Counted from the stretch's first letter, positions 8,759-18,300 are shown. The stretch is DNA of 53,870 bases from an archaeon (GCA_020057405.1 JAGVFW010000016.1:1-53870), one strand, 5' to 3'. Notes: generated by a model not told the origin, from the sequence alone. Made by a program: numbers and translations.

Positions 8759-9715
8759 CTAGTATGGCCCGAATAGAACCACGTATTCCTTCGTGATTGT
8801 TGAGACGTCGTAGTCATTGTAGGCGTCGACGAACTTCTCCCGAAACGCATCGATTATTTTCTTTAGCTCTTCGCCCGACCGCAGGTGAAGCTCAACCGCC
8901 AAGTCGTAGCGGCCCACCATCTCAAGGGCGAAAAGGCACGCATTAGTGGAGTCGAAAAACTCGAGGACTTCGCGCATCTTCTCTGGCGCTTTTAGCGAAA
9001 TGTTGATTTGGTAGAATTCGAGGCCAAGCTTGTCGAAGTTCGGCGCCGTGACGTAGGCAAGAATAATCTTGTCGGACTTGAGTTTCGAGAGCCGGTACTT
9101 CACGACTTTGGCGTCAACGCCAGTGCGTTCGGCAATCTCAACGAGAGGAAGCCGCGCCTCGCGCGTAATCGCACGCATTATCTTTCTGTCCACTTCGTCA
9201 ACGGGGTAGTTGCCTATTTCCACGCCGTAGTGCCAGTCGCGCCTAGTCTCGCCCGCGTGGATGAAGCGGTTGTTGAGCCGATGGGTAGTTAGGAAGATTG
9301 CAGTGTCCTTAGTTTGGATGTAGTCGCCGTAAAGCTTCATGAACGGGTACATGAAGTCAACTATGTCGCCAGCGTTTCTGACAGCAAGGAGAATGATTGC
9401 ATCGTAAAATCCTTCGACTGAAGAGAGGTAGGCGATGCGCGGCTTCTTTCGCACGTAATCGAAGAGCTCTTTTTCCTTGCCGGGAGTGATGTTTTTGAAC
9501 TTCAGGTAGAACTTGTAGTAATACCAGCCCAGCTGCGAAGTGTTGAAAACGGTGTAGAACCCCTTGAGGTAACCCTCCTTGACGAGGCGGTTGAGGCGGA
9601 AATTTACCGTCTCCTTGCTCCGCCTTAGCCGGTGCGCCAGCTTGGAGACGGGCTGCCTGGCGTCAAGGTCAAGCTCATACATTATGCGCGCGTCAAGGGC
9701 GTCGATTCCAGTCAT
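8759..9715 (-). CDS. Tandem (double) Lrp/AsnC family transcriptional regulator
   Basis: Two HTH-RAM units: LDARIMYELDLDARQPVSKLA...VNFRLNRL and VDRKIMRAITREARLPLVEIA...VKYRLSKL. Confidence 0.9.
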   Translation of the reverse strand: MTGIDALDARIMYELDLDARQPVSKLAHRLRRSKETVNFRLNRLVKEGYLKGFYTVFNTSQLGWYYYKFYLKFKNITPGKEKELFDYVRKKPRIAYLSSVEGFYDAIILLAVRNAGDIVDFMYPFMKLYGDYIQTKDTAIFLTTHRLNNRFIHAGETRRDWHYGVEIGNYPVDEVDRKIMRAITREARLPLVEIAERTGVDAKVVKYRLSKLKSDKIILAYVTAPNFDKLGLEFYQINISLKAPEKMREVLEFFDSTNACLFALEMVGRYDLAVELHLRSGEELKKIIDAFREKFVDAYNDYDVSTITKEYVVLFGPY

Positions 9716-9812
9716 GTTACAAATTAGGCTCTTTTTAGTTTAAATAATCTTCTTTTGAGCAAGTTTAAGGCACAAATAATCAAGTATTCGAAAAACCACT
9801 AGACATTACTTG

Positions 9813-10463
9813 ATGGATACGGGCCTAGATGAAAGAAGCTACAAAAGACTGGTTCCCGCCGACGTAAGGGCGGAAGTGCAGCTGCAGCTCGACTTGCTAA
9901 GGCGCGGCAGCACGGCGGCAAAACCGCTGCTTTACTTCGGCGCGCACATCGAGGGCTTCGGACCTGGAGAGGACAACAAGTTGCGCGGCAAGAACGCCGA
10001 GCTTGCAGCCGTTCTCTCAAGAAGTTTCGGCGTGTTTCTGCCGCAGGTTCACAACCCCTACGGCTTTTGCAAGCGCAACAGCCAGGGATTCGAGATGGCA
10101 CTCGTTGACTTCAAGGCGATTGCGGAGTCCGACGTTGCGCTCTTCGCCGCGCCGTTTGGCAGGGACACTTCCTGCGAAGCGGGTTTTGCAAAGGGAATGG
10201 GGAAAACCACGGTTTTCTACGTCAGCGGGCTGGAGCAGGCGCAACTCCACAAGAGCGACTGGATGCTGCTCAACTCATTTTCTGCAATCATCGTACTAAA
10301 GAAAGTCAAGGCGGCCCTGCTTGACTCGCCGGCTGTTAGCCGCGATGCGGAGATTATAGAGATTGCGGATGAAGCCGAACTGCCTGCGGCGATTCGGGAC
10401 GTCTATGAAAAGGCAAGGCCGCGGATGCTTAAGGCTGCAGGGAATGGCGGGTTGGGAAGATGA
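9813..10463 (+). CDS. Nucleoside 2-deoxyribosyltransferase / NMP N-glycosidase-like protein
   Basis: LYFG, VFLPQ, DFKAIAESD and DTSCEAGFAKGMGK (catalytic Glu motif of the NDT/Rcl/MilB fold). Confidence 0.7.
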   Translation: MDTGLDERSYKRLVPADVRAEVQLQLDLLRRGSTAAKPLLYFGAHIEGFGPGEDNKLRGKNAELAAVLSRSFGVFLPQVHNPYGFCKRNSQGFEMALVDFKAIAESDVALFAAPFGRDTSCEAGFAKGMGKTTVFYVSGLEQAQLHKSDWMLLNSFSAIIVLKKVKAALLDSPAVSRDAEIIEIADEAELPAAIRDVYEKARPRMLKAAGNGGLGR

Positions 10464-11341
10464 AGAACATCGCCGCCACGGCGGGAGATTACCTCCTGAT
10501 GGCGCGGCCCTATTCGCTTGTTGACGCGCCGCTAATGGTAATTGCGGCAAAAGCATTAGCCGAAGGCGCGGCGTTTTCATTCGACCTGCCCTCCGACGGC
10601 CTCAAGATTCTTGTTCTCGAGCTGCTTTGGCTTGGCCTCAACTGGTATCTTGAGTCGACGCACAAGCACGAGAACCGGCCAGCCATCAGCAGGAAAGCGG
10701 CTTACGCAGCCTTTGCCGTCGCAGGGTTGATTAGCGCCTCGCTCAATCCGCTTACAATCCTGCCCGTGCTTGCGTATGCTTGCTTCACGTGGCTCTATTC
10801 GCAAAAGGAAGGAAAACACAAGATGCTAGGGGCGGCGAGCTTTCTTAGCAGGGGCCTGACGCAGGCATTCGCCTTCGCAACGGCATGCCTCCTTTACGGA
10901 AATCTTGGAACGGTGCAACTCCTTGCGGCAATTGCGGTTTTCCTCATGACTTGCGCAAGGAGTTTGGTTGGCGATTTGCGCGACGTGAAATTCGACCGCA
11001 CCACCCTGCCCGTTAGGATTGGCGAGAGGGCGGCGCGGAAGGTCGCGGTTGCGCTAAAGGTAGCGGCTGCAGTCGCGGTATCGGCAATCACGAGCCCTCT
11101 TTGCGCTTTCCCGCTTTTTGCAAAGGCGGCCCTGCATGGCGTGCATAAGAACGATTACGACCACCATCGTGCATCAGTGGTCGTGTCTTCCGCAGTGCTG
11201 GCAAACCTCGCCTTTGCAGGCATGGGATCGCTTCAGTCGACGGTAATCGTCAACCTCGTGTTCCTGACGGTAATCCTCGGAATGTTCTACTACGAAAAGG
11301 TGCCTCGGCCAAGCAACCCCCTGGCGAATCCCATTGCCTGA
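10460..11341 (+). CDS. UbiA prenyltransferase family membrane protein
   Basis: N-terminal LMARP, RPA loop, second motif GDLRDVKFD..TLPVRIG; multi-TM; ATGA overlap with the upstream gene. Confidence 0.8.
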   Translation: MKNIAATAGDYLLMARPYSLVDAPLMVIAAKALAEGAAFSFDLPSDGLKILVLELLWLGLNWYLESTHKHENRPAISRKAAYAAFAVAGLISASLNPLTILPVLAYACFTWLYSQKEGKHKMLGAASFLSRGLTQAFAFATACLLYGNLGTVQLLAAIAVFLMTCARSLVGDLRDVKFDRTTLPVRIGERAARKVAVALKVAAAVAVSAITSPLCAFPLFAKAALHGVHKNDYDHHRASVVVSSAVLANLAFAGMGSLQSTVIVNLVFLTVILGMFYYEKVPRPSNPLANPIA

Positions 11342-11376
11342 ACGCTTTTAACCCGCAGGCACCACCGTTATTCCTA

Positions 11377-13422
11377 ATGGCTCTTATTGGCGCGCTTGGC
11401 GAACACAAGCTGTTTGCGGCTTTCTGCGCTGTCGTCATCGCACTCGGCCTTGCGCTTGGGGCAACGCCGGCCTTGGCCGCGTCGGTAGTTGCAGTATGCC
11501 TGCTGCCGGGCTATCTCCTCTTATTGGCCGTCGCCGAGCAAACGCAAGTCGAGCGGGCAGTCACCGCGTTTCCGGCAAGCGTCATCCTCGTCGCGGTCGT
11601 GACTATTGTCCCGGCAATACTTTTTGACGCAAAGAGCGTCGACCCCGCGTGGGTTGCCGGCGGAGTTCTCGCGGTGATGGCGCTCTTGTTTTTCTCTGGA
11701 GCAAAGAAGACCTTGCCCGACTCGCGGGAGCGGCAGGCGGCCGTGCTTTCATTGCTTGCCCTCGCGTTTGTCATCGCCACGTCGCTTGTTGCGTACGGCT
11801 CGCTAAACCAACCCGCCAATAATATGGTGTGGTCGATTGACGCAGTCCTCCAGTACGACCAGATTAGTTGGATGGCGCAAAGGCACGACAATTCGGTCCC
11901 GCCCGCGTTTAACCCAAGCTGGAAGGAATTGTTCGGAGTGAATTTGGTCCCGCCTTCGGTTGCTAGCCAGGCGGTGCTCACGCAATTGTCGGGCCCGGCT
12001 TACTGGAACGCGAACGCGTTTTTCCTAGTGATGGTCTTCGCGACGATGGTCTTGGGCGTTTTTTTGCTTTTCGCTGCGATTGGCGATATTGGAGTGGGCT
12101 TTGTTGCCGGCCTTGCAGTTGCCCTGCCGTTCAAGCTCCAGTATGTCTGGCCGTTTTACTTTGGCTTGTGGCGCGAGATTTTTTCGATGATGCTCACGCC
12201 CCTGGCGATATACTATTGCATCAAGACGATTCGCTCGCGGGGAAAAGATGCCCCTGCCCTTGCGGTAGTGCTATTGCTTTTGGCAGTGACGCATCCAGTC
12301 ACGGGCTGGGGGGTTGCAGCGTCAGTAGCCATCGTCGTTGCCTGCGCGGTTTTTGACCATCAATTGCGCGGGGCGCTGCTAAAGCCTCTTGCGGTTAGCG
12401 CAGTTCTCTTTGCCATCCTGATGATACCGGTTGCACCGGCTTTTGGTGAGGGAAGCGAATACTACCCGTTTGGCGGCGGCTCGCTGTTTACTAGCCCGGC
12501 CGTTGCCGAGGCCAACTACGGTTATCTGGTCGGGCCGACGCTAGTCAAGCTCGAGCAGACGCACGTGTGGCTTGCACTCGCGGCGCTAGGCGGGCTTGCG
12601 CTATTGTTTTTGCATTCACGGCGGGAGAAGCCGCTTTTGTCGGGCGAAAACGGATTTACTCACCTTGCACTTGACTTGGCCGTCACTTTGGCAGTTGCAT
12701 CTGCAGTCATCACTTTTCTCGGGCCGTACGCGCTCAAGCAACGCTTTGACTTGATGATTGACTTCGTCGTCCCCTTAGCCGCGGTATTCATCCTGCTGGC
12801 CTTGCGGCTTGTTACAAGCAAGATTGCGGGGATAAAGAGCGGCGTGCCGGCCTTTGCGGCTGCAGTGATTGTAGTCGTGCTGTTAAGCCAGCCGTGGGCG
12901 TACGCTTTTCCGCAGCCTGCCAACGGCCTCGTCAGTGCCGATTCGGGACAGGAGTTGAGGAAACCGGCAATAACTTGGGACATTATTGACTACTTGCGGC
13001 AAAACACGCCAATTGACTCTAGAGTCCTCTTTTTTGGCTTCATCCAGTACTCCGGCTGCCTTGCCGAGAGACGCTGCTATGAAGTGTCGGCGCACGCAGC
13101 AGTCGCCAAGTACCAAAATGCCACCTCGGCCTACTCGCGCGCGATTGAGGTTAATGCCCTGTGCAGGCGGGACGTGAGAAAGACTGGTTTTCTGCAGTAC
13201 GAGCCGGTTGCGTGCAGCGAGAACTTTGGCTCCGGCAACATCTGCAACTACGACTACATCGTAATCGGTTACTTCCCGTACACGCAGTATCCCGAGTATC
13301 CGTTATACTTGCAGCAACTGGTGGCCCGCTTGTCAGCCAACTACCAGCCCGTCTTGCAGCGCGGGCTCTTCGGCGTGTACAAGCAAGTGAAGCACGACGA
13401 GAATTGCCTGCCGGCAAGTTAG
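11377..13422 (+). CDS. Large polytopic membrane protein, GT-C (lipid-linked sugar glycosyltransferase)-like
   Basis: About 13-15 TM segments; loop Asp (SIDAVLQ); THP motif; C-terminal soluble domain IDYLRQNTPIDSRV...YDYIVI typical of GT-C/STT3-like proteins. Confidence 0.6.
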   Translation: MALIGALGEHKLFAAFCAVVIALGLALGATPALAASVVAVCLLPGYLLLLAVAEQTQVERAVTAFPASVILVAVVTIVPAILFDAKSVDPAWVAGGVLAVMALLFFSGAKKTLPDSRERQAAVLSLLALAFVIATSLVAYGSLNQPANNMVWSIDAVLQYDQISWMAQRHDNSVPPAFNPSWKELFGVNLVPPSVASQAVLTQLSGPAYWNANAFFLVMVFATMVLGVFLLFAAIGDIGVGFVAGLAVALPFKLQYVWPFYFGLWREIFSMMLTPLAIYYCIKTIRSRGKDAPALAVVLLLLAVTHPVTGWGVAASVAIVVACAVFDHQLRGALLKPLAVSAVLFAILMIPVAPAFGEGSEYYPFGGGSLFTSPAVAEANYGYLVGPTLVKLEQTHVWLALAALGGLALLFLHSRREKPLLSGENGFTHLALDLAVTLAVASAVITFLGPYALKQRFDLMIDFVVPLAAVFILLALRLVTSKIAGIKSGVPAFAAAVIVVVLLSQPWAYAFPQPANGLVSADSGQELRKPAITWDIIDYLRQNTPIDSRVLFFGFIQYSGCLAERRCYEVSAHAAVAKYQNATSAYSRAIEVNALCRRDVRKTGFLQYEPVACSENFGSGNICNYDYIVIGYFPYTQYPEYPLYLQQLVARLSANYQPVLQRGLFGVYKQVKHDENCLPAS

Positions 13423-13451
13423 GGGAAAACTCGTGCTTGAGAAAAACGCGC

Positions 13452-13958
13452 CTATACCGCGTTATTTGCCTGGGATTGCACGATTCGCTCGTAGCGGGGC
13501 TTTGCTAACCGGGCGTAATCGCTGGTCTTGAGGGCCATCGAACGGTCCAGCCGGGCCGCGTTGAAGAAAATCTCTTCGTTGTCTAAAAGCGTTGGATCCA
13601 CTATCAATTCGAGTTCCGGATTGAATGAGAACGGAAGGATTGTGCCGGCAACGCTTCCTGAAAGCCGTTCTGCAATTTCGGGAGTCGCGAACGAAACGTA
13701 GGAGGCGTTCAGTTTTCCCTTGATTGAATTGAAATCCACCCTGGCATCGCCAGGCACGACAGCTAGAACGTATTTGGTTTCTTTTTTTCCGATTTTTACG
13801 ATCATCACCATGCACTTGGCCGCCTGCGAAACCGCGTTTCCCCTCATCGGGCTTACGATATCCGTGCGTCCTTCCGGCGGGTGGTCAATGAGGCGGTAAG
13901 ACGCCTTGTTCTCATCGAGGAATGCAATTAGTTTGTTATACGTTTCCAAGGAATTCAT
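13452..13958 (-). CDS. YbaK/ProX family aminoacyl-tRNA deacylase
   Basis: QAAKCMV, LAVVPGD..VD, G...G.ILPF and FNAA motifs; about 168 aa. Confidence 0.85.
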   Translation of the reverse strand: MNSLETYNKLIAFLDENKASYRLIDHPPEGRTDIVSPMRGNAVSQAAKCMVMIVKIGKKETKYVLAVVPGDARVDFNSIKGKLNASYVSFATPEIAERLSGSVAGTILPFSFNPELELIVDPTLLDNEEIFFNAARLDRSMALKTSDYARLAKPRYERIVQSQANNAV

Positions 13959-14005
13959 CAACTCCTAATCCAATCTAGTTCTTTTAGCTTCTCGCGAAAA
14001 GGTGT

Positions 14006-14506
14006 TCAGCTCTTGGCATAAGTGCGCCTGCCTTCGGCGGTCTTCGGGTGGGGCAGGTGAACCATCTCGACGCCGGCTTCTTTAGCGAGCTCGCGTGCGA
14101 AGTCGTCATGGTACTCTTCGGCGTAGACGATGCGCTTGACGCCAGCCTGTATGATGGCCTTCATGCACTGGCAGCAGGGGGAGGAAGTGGAATAGAGGAC
14201 GAGCTCGTCGCGGATTGAGGCGTGGCGTGCCGCGTTGATGATGGCATTCATCTCGGCATGCAGGCACATGCACTGGTCGTGCTTGACGCACATTACTTTG
14301 CTGTGGTGGGCGCTCTCGTCCCACTCGCAGTGCTTCATGCCTGAAGGGGAGCCGTTGTAGCCCAAGGATACGACAAAGCCGCGGGAGTCAACCAAGAGTG
14401 CGCCCTGCTGTGTGCGCGTGCAGGTGGCACGCTTTGAAATGACTAGGGCCATTTCGAGGAAAGTCTCGTCCTTGCCGCTTCTGGAAAACACGGGTTTTGA
14501 AGACAT
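14006..14506 (-). CDS. dCMP deaminase (ComEB/DCTD-like)
   Basis: RATC...GALLV, GYNG, HAEMNAI and PCCQC zinc motifs. Confidence 0.92.
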   Translation of the reverse strand: MSSKPVFSRSGKDETFLEMALVISKRATCTRTQQGALLVDSRGFVVSLGYNGSPSGMKHCEWDESAHHSKVMCVKHDQCMCLHAEMNAIINAARHASIRDELVLYSTSSPCCQCMKAIIQAGVKRIVYAEEYHDDFARELAKEAGVEMVHLPHPKTAEGRRTYAKS

Positions 14507-14570
14507 CAAATCCACCGCAGGCTATTAGGAAAGCGAGAATATTAAAGAGGCTAGGGGGAACAGGATTGTC

Positions 14571-14834
14571 ATGGAACACTTTCGGGCCGCGCAAATGCTG
14601 AGCGGAATGGTTGGGGCGAGCCACCCGCACAAGCTTAAGGACAACCGGCTCAAGCTTCAAACTCCGCTTGAACGCGGCTCGCCAAAACTATTGGACTTAC
14701 TGGAAAAGGCGGAAGGAGTGGCAAAAGAAGTTTCAGGCCAGGGGCGAAAAGTGTCGGTCAAGCAGGGCTTTAGGTATTCAGCTGTCACTGGCGTCTTCTT
14801 CCAGCGCGCCCCGCCGGGAAGGCCCAAGCGCTAG
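14571..14834 (+). CDS. Hypothetical small basic protein
   Basis: 87-aa ORF filling the gap, with a TATA-like ATATTAAA roughly 25-30 nt upstream. Confidence 0.45.
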   Translation: MEHFRAAQMLSGMVGASHPHKLKDNRLKLQTPLERGSPKLLDLLEKAEGVAKEVSGQGRKVSVKQGFRYSAVTGVFFQRAPPGRPKR

Positions 14835-15322
14835 TCAAGCATGCCGGTTGAGGCAATCTTGCCCTTGAGGGCAGGCAGAACCTTTGCCGCGGCAATGAAG
14901 CCTTTCCTGTCACGCAGCGGCACGCTCACCATCGCTTCTTGTGCGGTGATGACTGCCTCAAAGCCTTCCCCGGCGTGCGCGACGATGATTTTGTCTACGT
15001 CCTTAAATGGGAATTCGTCCTCGTGGCTGCCGCCCGAAAAGCCTATTGAGCCGGATTTCAGGTAGAGCACGCGGGAGGGCTTGGTGAGGTGGTGGAGCCG
15101 GACTGTTGCAAAAGTTGAGACGATAGTCCAGATGAGCACTAGGCCGCCGGCGATTGCGAAAGAGCCGCTGGTTTTTGCCGCAAGCTCCTGCACTAGGAAA
15201 TAGAGAAGCCCGACTTCGGTGCCCCAGAAGAAAATGTAGCCGAGAAAAGCCATGCTGGCATTAAGGAGCCGGTTGGGGCCCGCGTCCTTCCACAGAAACT
15301 CAGTTTGCGCCACAAATCCCAA
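14831..15322 (-). CDS. Membrane protein with two TM helices and a PH-like C-terminal domain
   Basis: Two hydrophobic helices followed by a beta-rich region (FPFKDVDKI) ending in a helix. Confidence 0.6.
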   Translation of the reverse strand: MGFVAQTEFLWKDAGPNRLLNASMAFLGYIFFWGTEVGLLYFLVQELAAKTSGSFAIAGGLVLIWTIVSTFATVRLHHLTKPSRVLYLKSGSIGFSGGSHEDEFPFKDVDKIIVAHAGEGFEAVITAQEAMVSVPLRDRKGFIAAAKVLPALKGKIASTGMLD

Positions 15323-15412
15323 TACCGTTGTTATTAAATTACTTGAAAACCAAAATTACTAACGCTGATTCTGCTAATAAAGCTTTAAGCAAAGTTGGAG
15401 ATGTGACTCAAG

Positions 15413-16882
15413 ATGCACTTTAAGCCCGTAAAGAAGCCCGAATTCAAGAAAATTAGCGATTACGTGTGGGAAATCCCGATGTCCTACAAGTCAGAGATGC
15501 GCGTGCCGGCACGCATTTACGCGAGCAAAAAACTGCTCGATGGAATGGATTTGCAGGTCTTTGACCAGGTCACTAACGTAGCAACTCTCCCGGGCATCAT
15601 CAACCACGCCCTCTGCATGCCCGACGGCCACTCGGGCTATGGCTTTCCAATAGGCGGCGTCGCGGCATTTGACGCCGAGGAAGGCGTAATCAGCCCCGGC
15701 GGAGTTGGTTTTGACATTAATTGCGGCATGCGCCTTGTCACGACGAACCTCACTTACGACGACGTCAAGCCAAAGCTAAAGGAACTCGTCGACCTTCTTT
15801 TCGACCGCGTGCCGGCTGGCGTCGGCAGCGAGGGCTTCGTAAAGTTCAAGGCCCCTGAATTCAGAGAAATGATTGAGACGGGCGCGAAGTGGTGCCTCGA
15901 GAAGGGCTGGGGCTGGGAGGAAGACCTCCGCCGCACTGAAGAAGAGGGCTGCATTGCCGGCGCGGACGAGTCAAAAGTCAGCGACCGGGCGGTCACACGC
16001 GGCTTAAACCAGATTGGCACCCTAGGCAGCGGCAACCACTACCTCGAAATCCAGGTTGTGAAGCCCGAAAACATCGTCGACGCGGCGGCTGCGAAGACTT
16101 TCGGCATTTTCCCCAACCAAGTCGTCGTCATGTTCCACTGCGGCTCCCGCGGGTTCGGCCACCAGGTGGCGACAGACTACCTGCAAGTGTTCCTCGACGT
16201 CATGGAAAAGAAGTACGGCATCAAAATCCTTGATCGCGAGCTGGCCTGCGCGCCGTTTACGTCGCCCGAAGGCCAGGACTATTTTGCTGCAATGAAGTGC
16301 GGGCTCAACATGAGCTTCGCGAACCGCCAAGTAATCCTCCACCGCATCCGCGAGTGCTTCTCAAAAGTCTTCGGCAAGAGCGCAGAGGAACTCGAGATGC
16401 ACCAGGTCTACGACGTTGCGCACAACACCGCGAAACTAGAGGAATACGACGTTGACGGCAAGCGAACGAAAGTGCTCGTGCACCGAAAGGGCGCCACGCG
16501 CGCCTTCGGCCCGGGCCGAGTTGAAGTGCCGGCCGAATTCCGCTCAACCGGCCAGCCCGTCATTATCGGCGGGAGCATGGAGACCGGCAGCTACCTCTTG
16601 GCAGGCACTGACGGTGCGATGAAAGAGACGTGGGGCAGCACCGCGCACGGAAGCGGCAGGACGATGAGCCGCACGCAGGCAAAGCAAATGTTCCACGGCG
16701 AGACACTACAAAAGGACATGGCCGCTAAAGGCATTTACGTCAAGACAGTCAGCTACGCGGGCCTGGCCGAAGAGGCCGGCAAGGCGTATAAAGACATTGA
16801 CGAGGTCATCGACGCTGCGCACAACGCCGGCATTTCAAGGAAAGTCGTGAAGTTCGTGCCAATCGGCAACATCAAGGGATGA
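15413..16882 (+). CDS. rtcB: RtcB tRNA-splicing / RNA repair ligase
   Basis: MPDGHSGYGFPIGG, GFDINCG, GTLGSGNHY, HCGSRG, HNTAK, HRKGAT, STAHGSGR and EEAGKAYK motifs. Confidence 0.97.
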   Translation: MHFKPVKKPEFKKISDYVWEIPMSYKSEMRVPARIYASKKLLDGMDLQVFDQVTNVATLPGIINHALCMPDGHSGYGFPIGGVAAFDAEEGVISPGGVGFDINCGMRLVTTNLTYDDVKPKLKELVDLLFDRVPAGVGSEGFVKFKAPEFREMIETGAKWCLEKGWGWEEDLRRTEEEGCIAGADESKVSDRAVTRGLNQIGTLGSGNHYLEIQVVKPENIVDAAAAKTFGIFPNQVVVMFHCGSRGFGHQVATDYLQVFLDVMEKKYGIKILDRELACAPFTSPEGQDYFAAMKCGLNMSFANRQVILHRIRECFSKVFGKSAEELEMHQVYDVAHNTAKLEEYDVDGKRTKVLVHRKGATRAFGPGRVEVPAEFRSTGQPVIIGGSMETGSYLLAGTDGAMKETWGSTAHGSGRTMSRTQAKQMFHGETLQKDMAAKGIYVKTVSYAGLAEEAGKAYKDIDEVIDAAHNAGISRKVVKFVPIGNIKG

Positions 16883-16886
16883 TTGC

Positions 16887-17030
16887 ATGGGAATTTGGGA
16901 GTGGCTCTTCGGACCGCCTGCGGAACAAAAGAAGGACGATGATGACGACGATGACGTGTCCGAGGAAGATAGCGACGAGGAAAGCGATGACGCGGACGAC
17001 GCCGACGGGGATTCCGGCGGGGACGAATAA
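16887..17030 (+). CDS. Unannotated 47-aa hyper-acidic micro-protein (MGIWEWLFGPPAEQKKDDDDDDDVSEEDSDEESDDADDADGDSGGDE)
   Basis: Manually translated; ATG 4 nt after the rtcB stop; 23 of 47 residues are D/E; amphipathic N-terminus. Confidence 0.65.
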   Translation: MGIWEWLFGPPAEQKKDDDDDDDVSEEDSDEESDDADDADGDSGGDE

Positions 17031-17125
17031 CGCCCGACACTCAAAGTAATTCCTTTGCAGTAGTCAAAAACCCTGCTTTTTATTTGCCGGTGCAGTGCTT
17101 CCTTCAATTGGAAGGTGATGTGGGC

Positions 17126-17338
17126 ATGCAAAGCTGTAATTACGACAAGACCAAGCTAATCCACGAGATGAGCGAGATGGTTCGCTTCATCGACATGCAC
17201 GCGAAGGCGGATTCAGAGGAGTCCGGCCACCCCCTTTGCGGAGTGGTCTACGACGAGCTTCGGGCTGACTTGATGAAGCACCTCCAGAAGCTCAACCTCG
17301 CGGTCGCGGGCTTGGCAAACGAAGGAAAGTACGTCTAA
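17126..17338 (+). CDS. Small helical-hairpin, ferritin-like (half-ferritin) protein, 70 aa
   Basis: ATG17126 preceded by SD-like GGTGA; NYD..KLIHE...RFI..H..D....GH..C...Y.EL..D..KH...L pattern. Confidence 0.6.
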   Translation: MQSCNYDKTKLIHEMSEMVRFIDMHAKADSEESGHPLCGVVYDELRADLMKHLQKLNLAVAGLANEGKYV

Positions 17339-17394
17339 AACTAATGGTGGGCAAACAAAGCTGTTTTTAGGCTTGCCCGGCCTTAATTCTTTCT

Positions 17395-18300
17395 ATGGCT
17401 AAAATACCGATTACGGTAGTGACCGGCTATCTTGGTGCGGGCAAGACCACGCTCTTGCGCCGCCTTCTTGACGAGGCGACAGCACTCGGCTTGCGCCTCG
17501 CAATTGTGATGAACGAGTTTGGCGAAATCGGCATTGACGGCGCAGTACTCAAGGGCAAGGCCATTGACATCGTCGAGCTCGCCGGGGGATGCGTGTGCTG
17601 CTCGATGACAGGCGAGTTTGAGGCAGCGCTTGCGGAACTCGCGGCGAAGTCGAGGCCCGACCACGTCGTCGTTGAAACGACGGGAGTTGCCGAACCCGAC
17701 GCCATTGTCGTTGACCTGCAGTCGCTAGATGGCTTTCGTCTTGACGCGGTCGTCACTGTCGCAGACGCTGATGCGCTCATCCGCTTCCCAACTATCGGCC
17801 ACACGGGCACGGTGCAGCTTGAGATGGCCGACCTCGTGCTGCTAAACAAGTCGGATCTCGTCAGCGGCGAACAACTAGAGCAGATGAAGGCGGAAATCCA
17901 GACGATTAACCCGCGGGCAACAATTGTCCCGGCAGTCAGATGCGCGGTTGCACCCGAGCTTGTCTTAGGCGTTGGCGGCGCGAAGGGGAAGAAAGCGCCC
18001 TCGGCAAAGGCCGACCACGACCACACGCAAGTCGAGTCGTTCTCAATTGTTTTTGACGGCGCCATTGCGGAACTGGCCCTGACGGATTTCGCAAATGGCC
18101 TGCCCCCGCAGGTCTACCGGGCGAAGGGCTTTGTGAACCTCGACGACGGCAGGACGGTGCTCTTTAGCTACGTTGCCGGCAGGTGGGAGACTGAAGAGTG
18201 GGAAACCGCCGAGAAATCCCGCCTAGTCTTCATTGGCGAGGGCGTGCTTGCTCTAAAGGAAATGCTTGAATCCTCTCTTTACGAGAGCGTTGAGGGATGA
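17395..18300 (+). CDS. COG0523/CobW-family G3E GTPase metallochaperone
   Basis: GYLGAGKTT, NEFGE, GCVCC (CxCC), ETTG, NKSD, short DHDH and C-terminal YRAKG..LVFIG. Confidence 0.93.
   Translation: MAKIPITVVTGYLGAGKTTLLRRLLDEATALGLRLAIVMNEFGEIGIDGAVLKGKAIDIVELAGGCVCCSMTGEFEAALAELAAKSRPDHVVVETTGVAEPDAIVVDLQSLDGFRLDAVVTVADADALIRFPTIGHTGTVQLEMADLVLLNKSDLVSGEQLEQMKAEIQTINPRATIVPAVRCAVAPELVLGVGGAKGKKAPSAKADHDHTQVESFSIVFDGAIAELALTDFANGLPPQVYRAKGFVNLDDGRTVLFSYVAGRWETEEWETAEKSRLVFIGEGVLALKEMLESSLYESVEG

Noticed and set aside
15413-16882. Intein in RtcB
   Set aside because: 489 aa with contiguous motifs and no insertion
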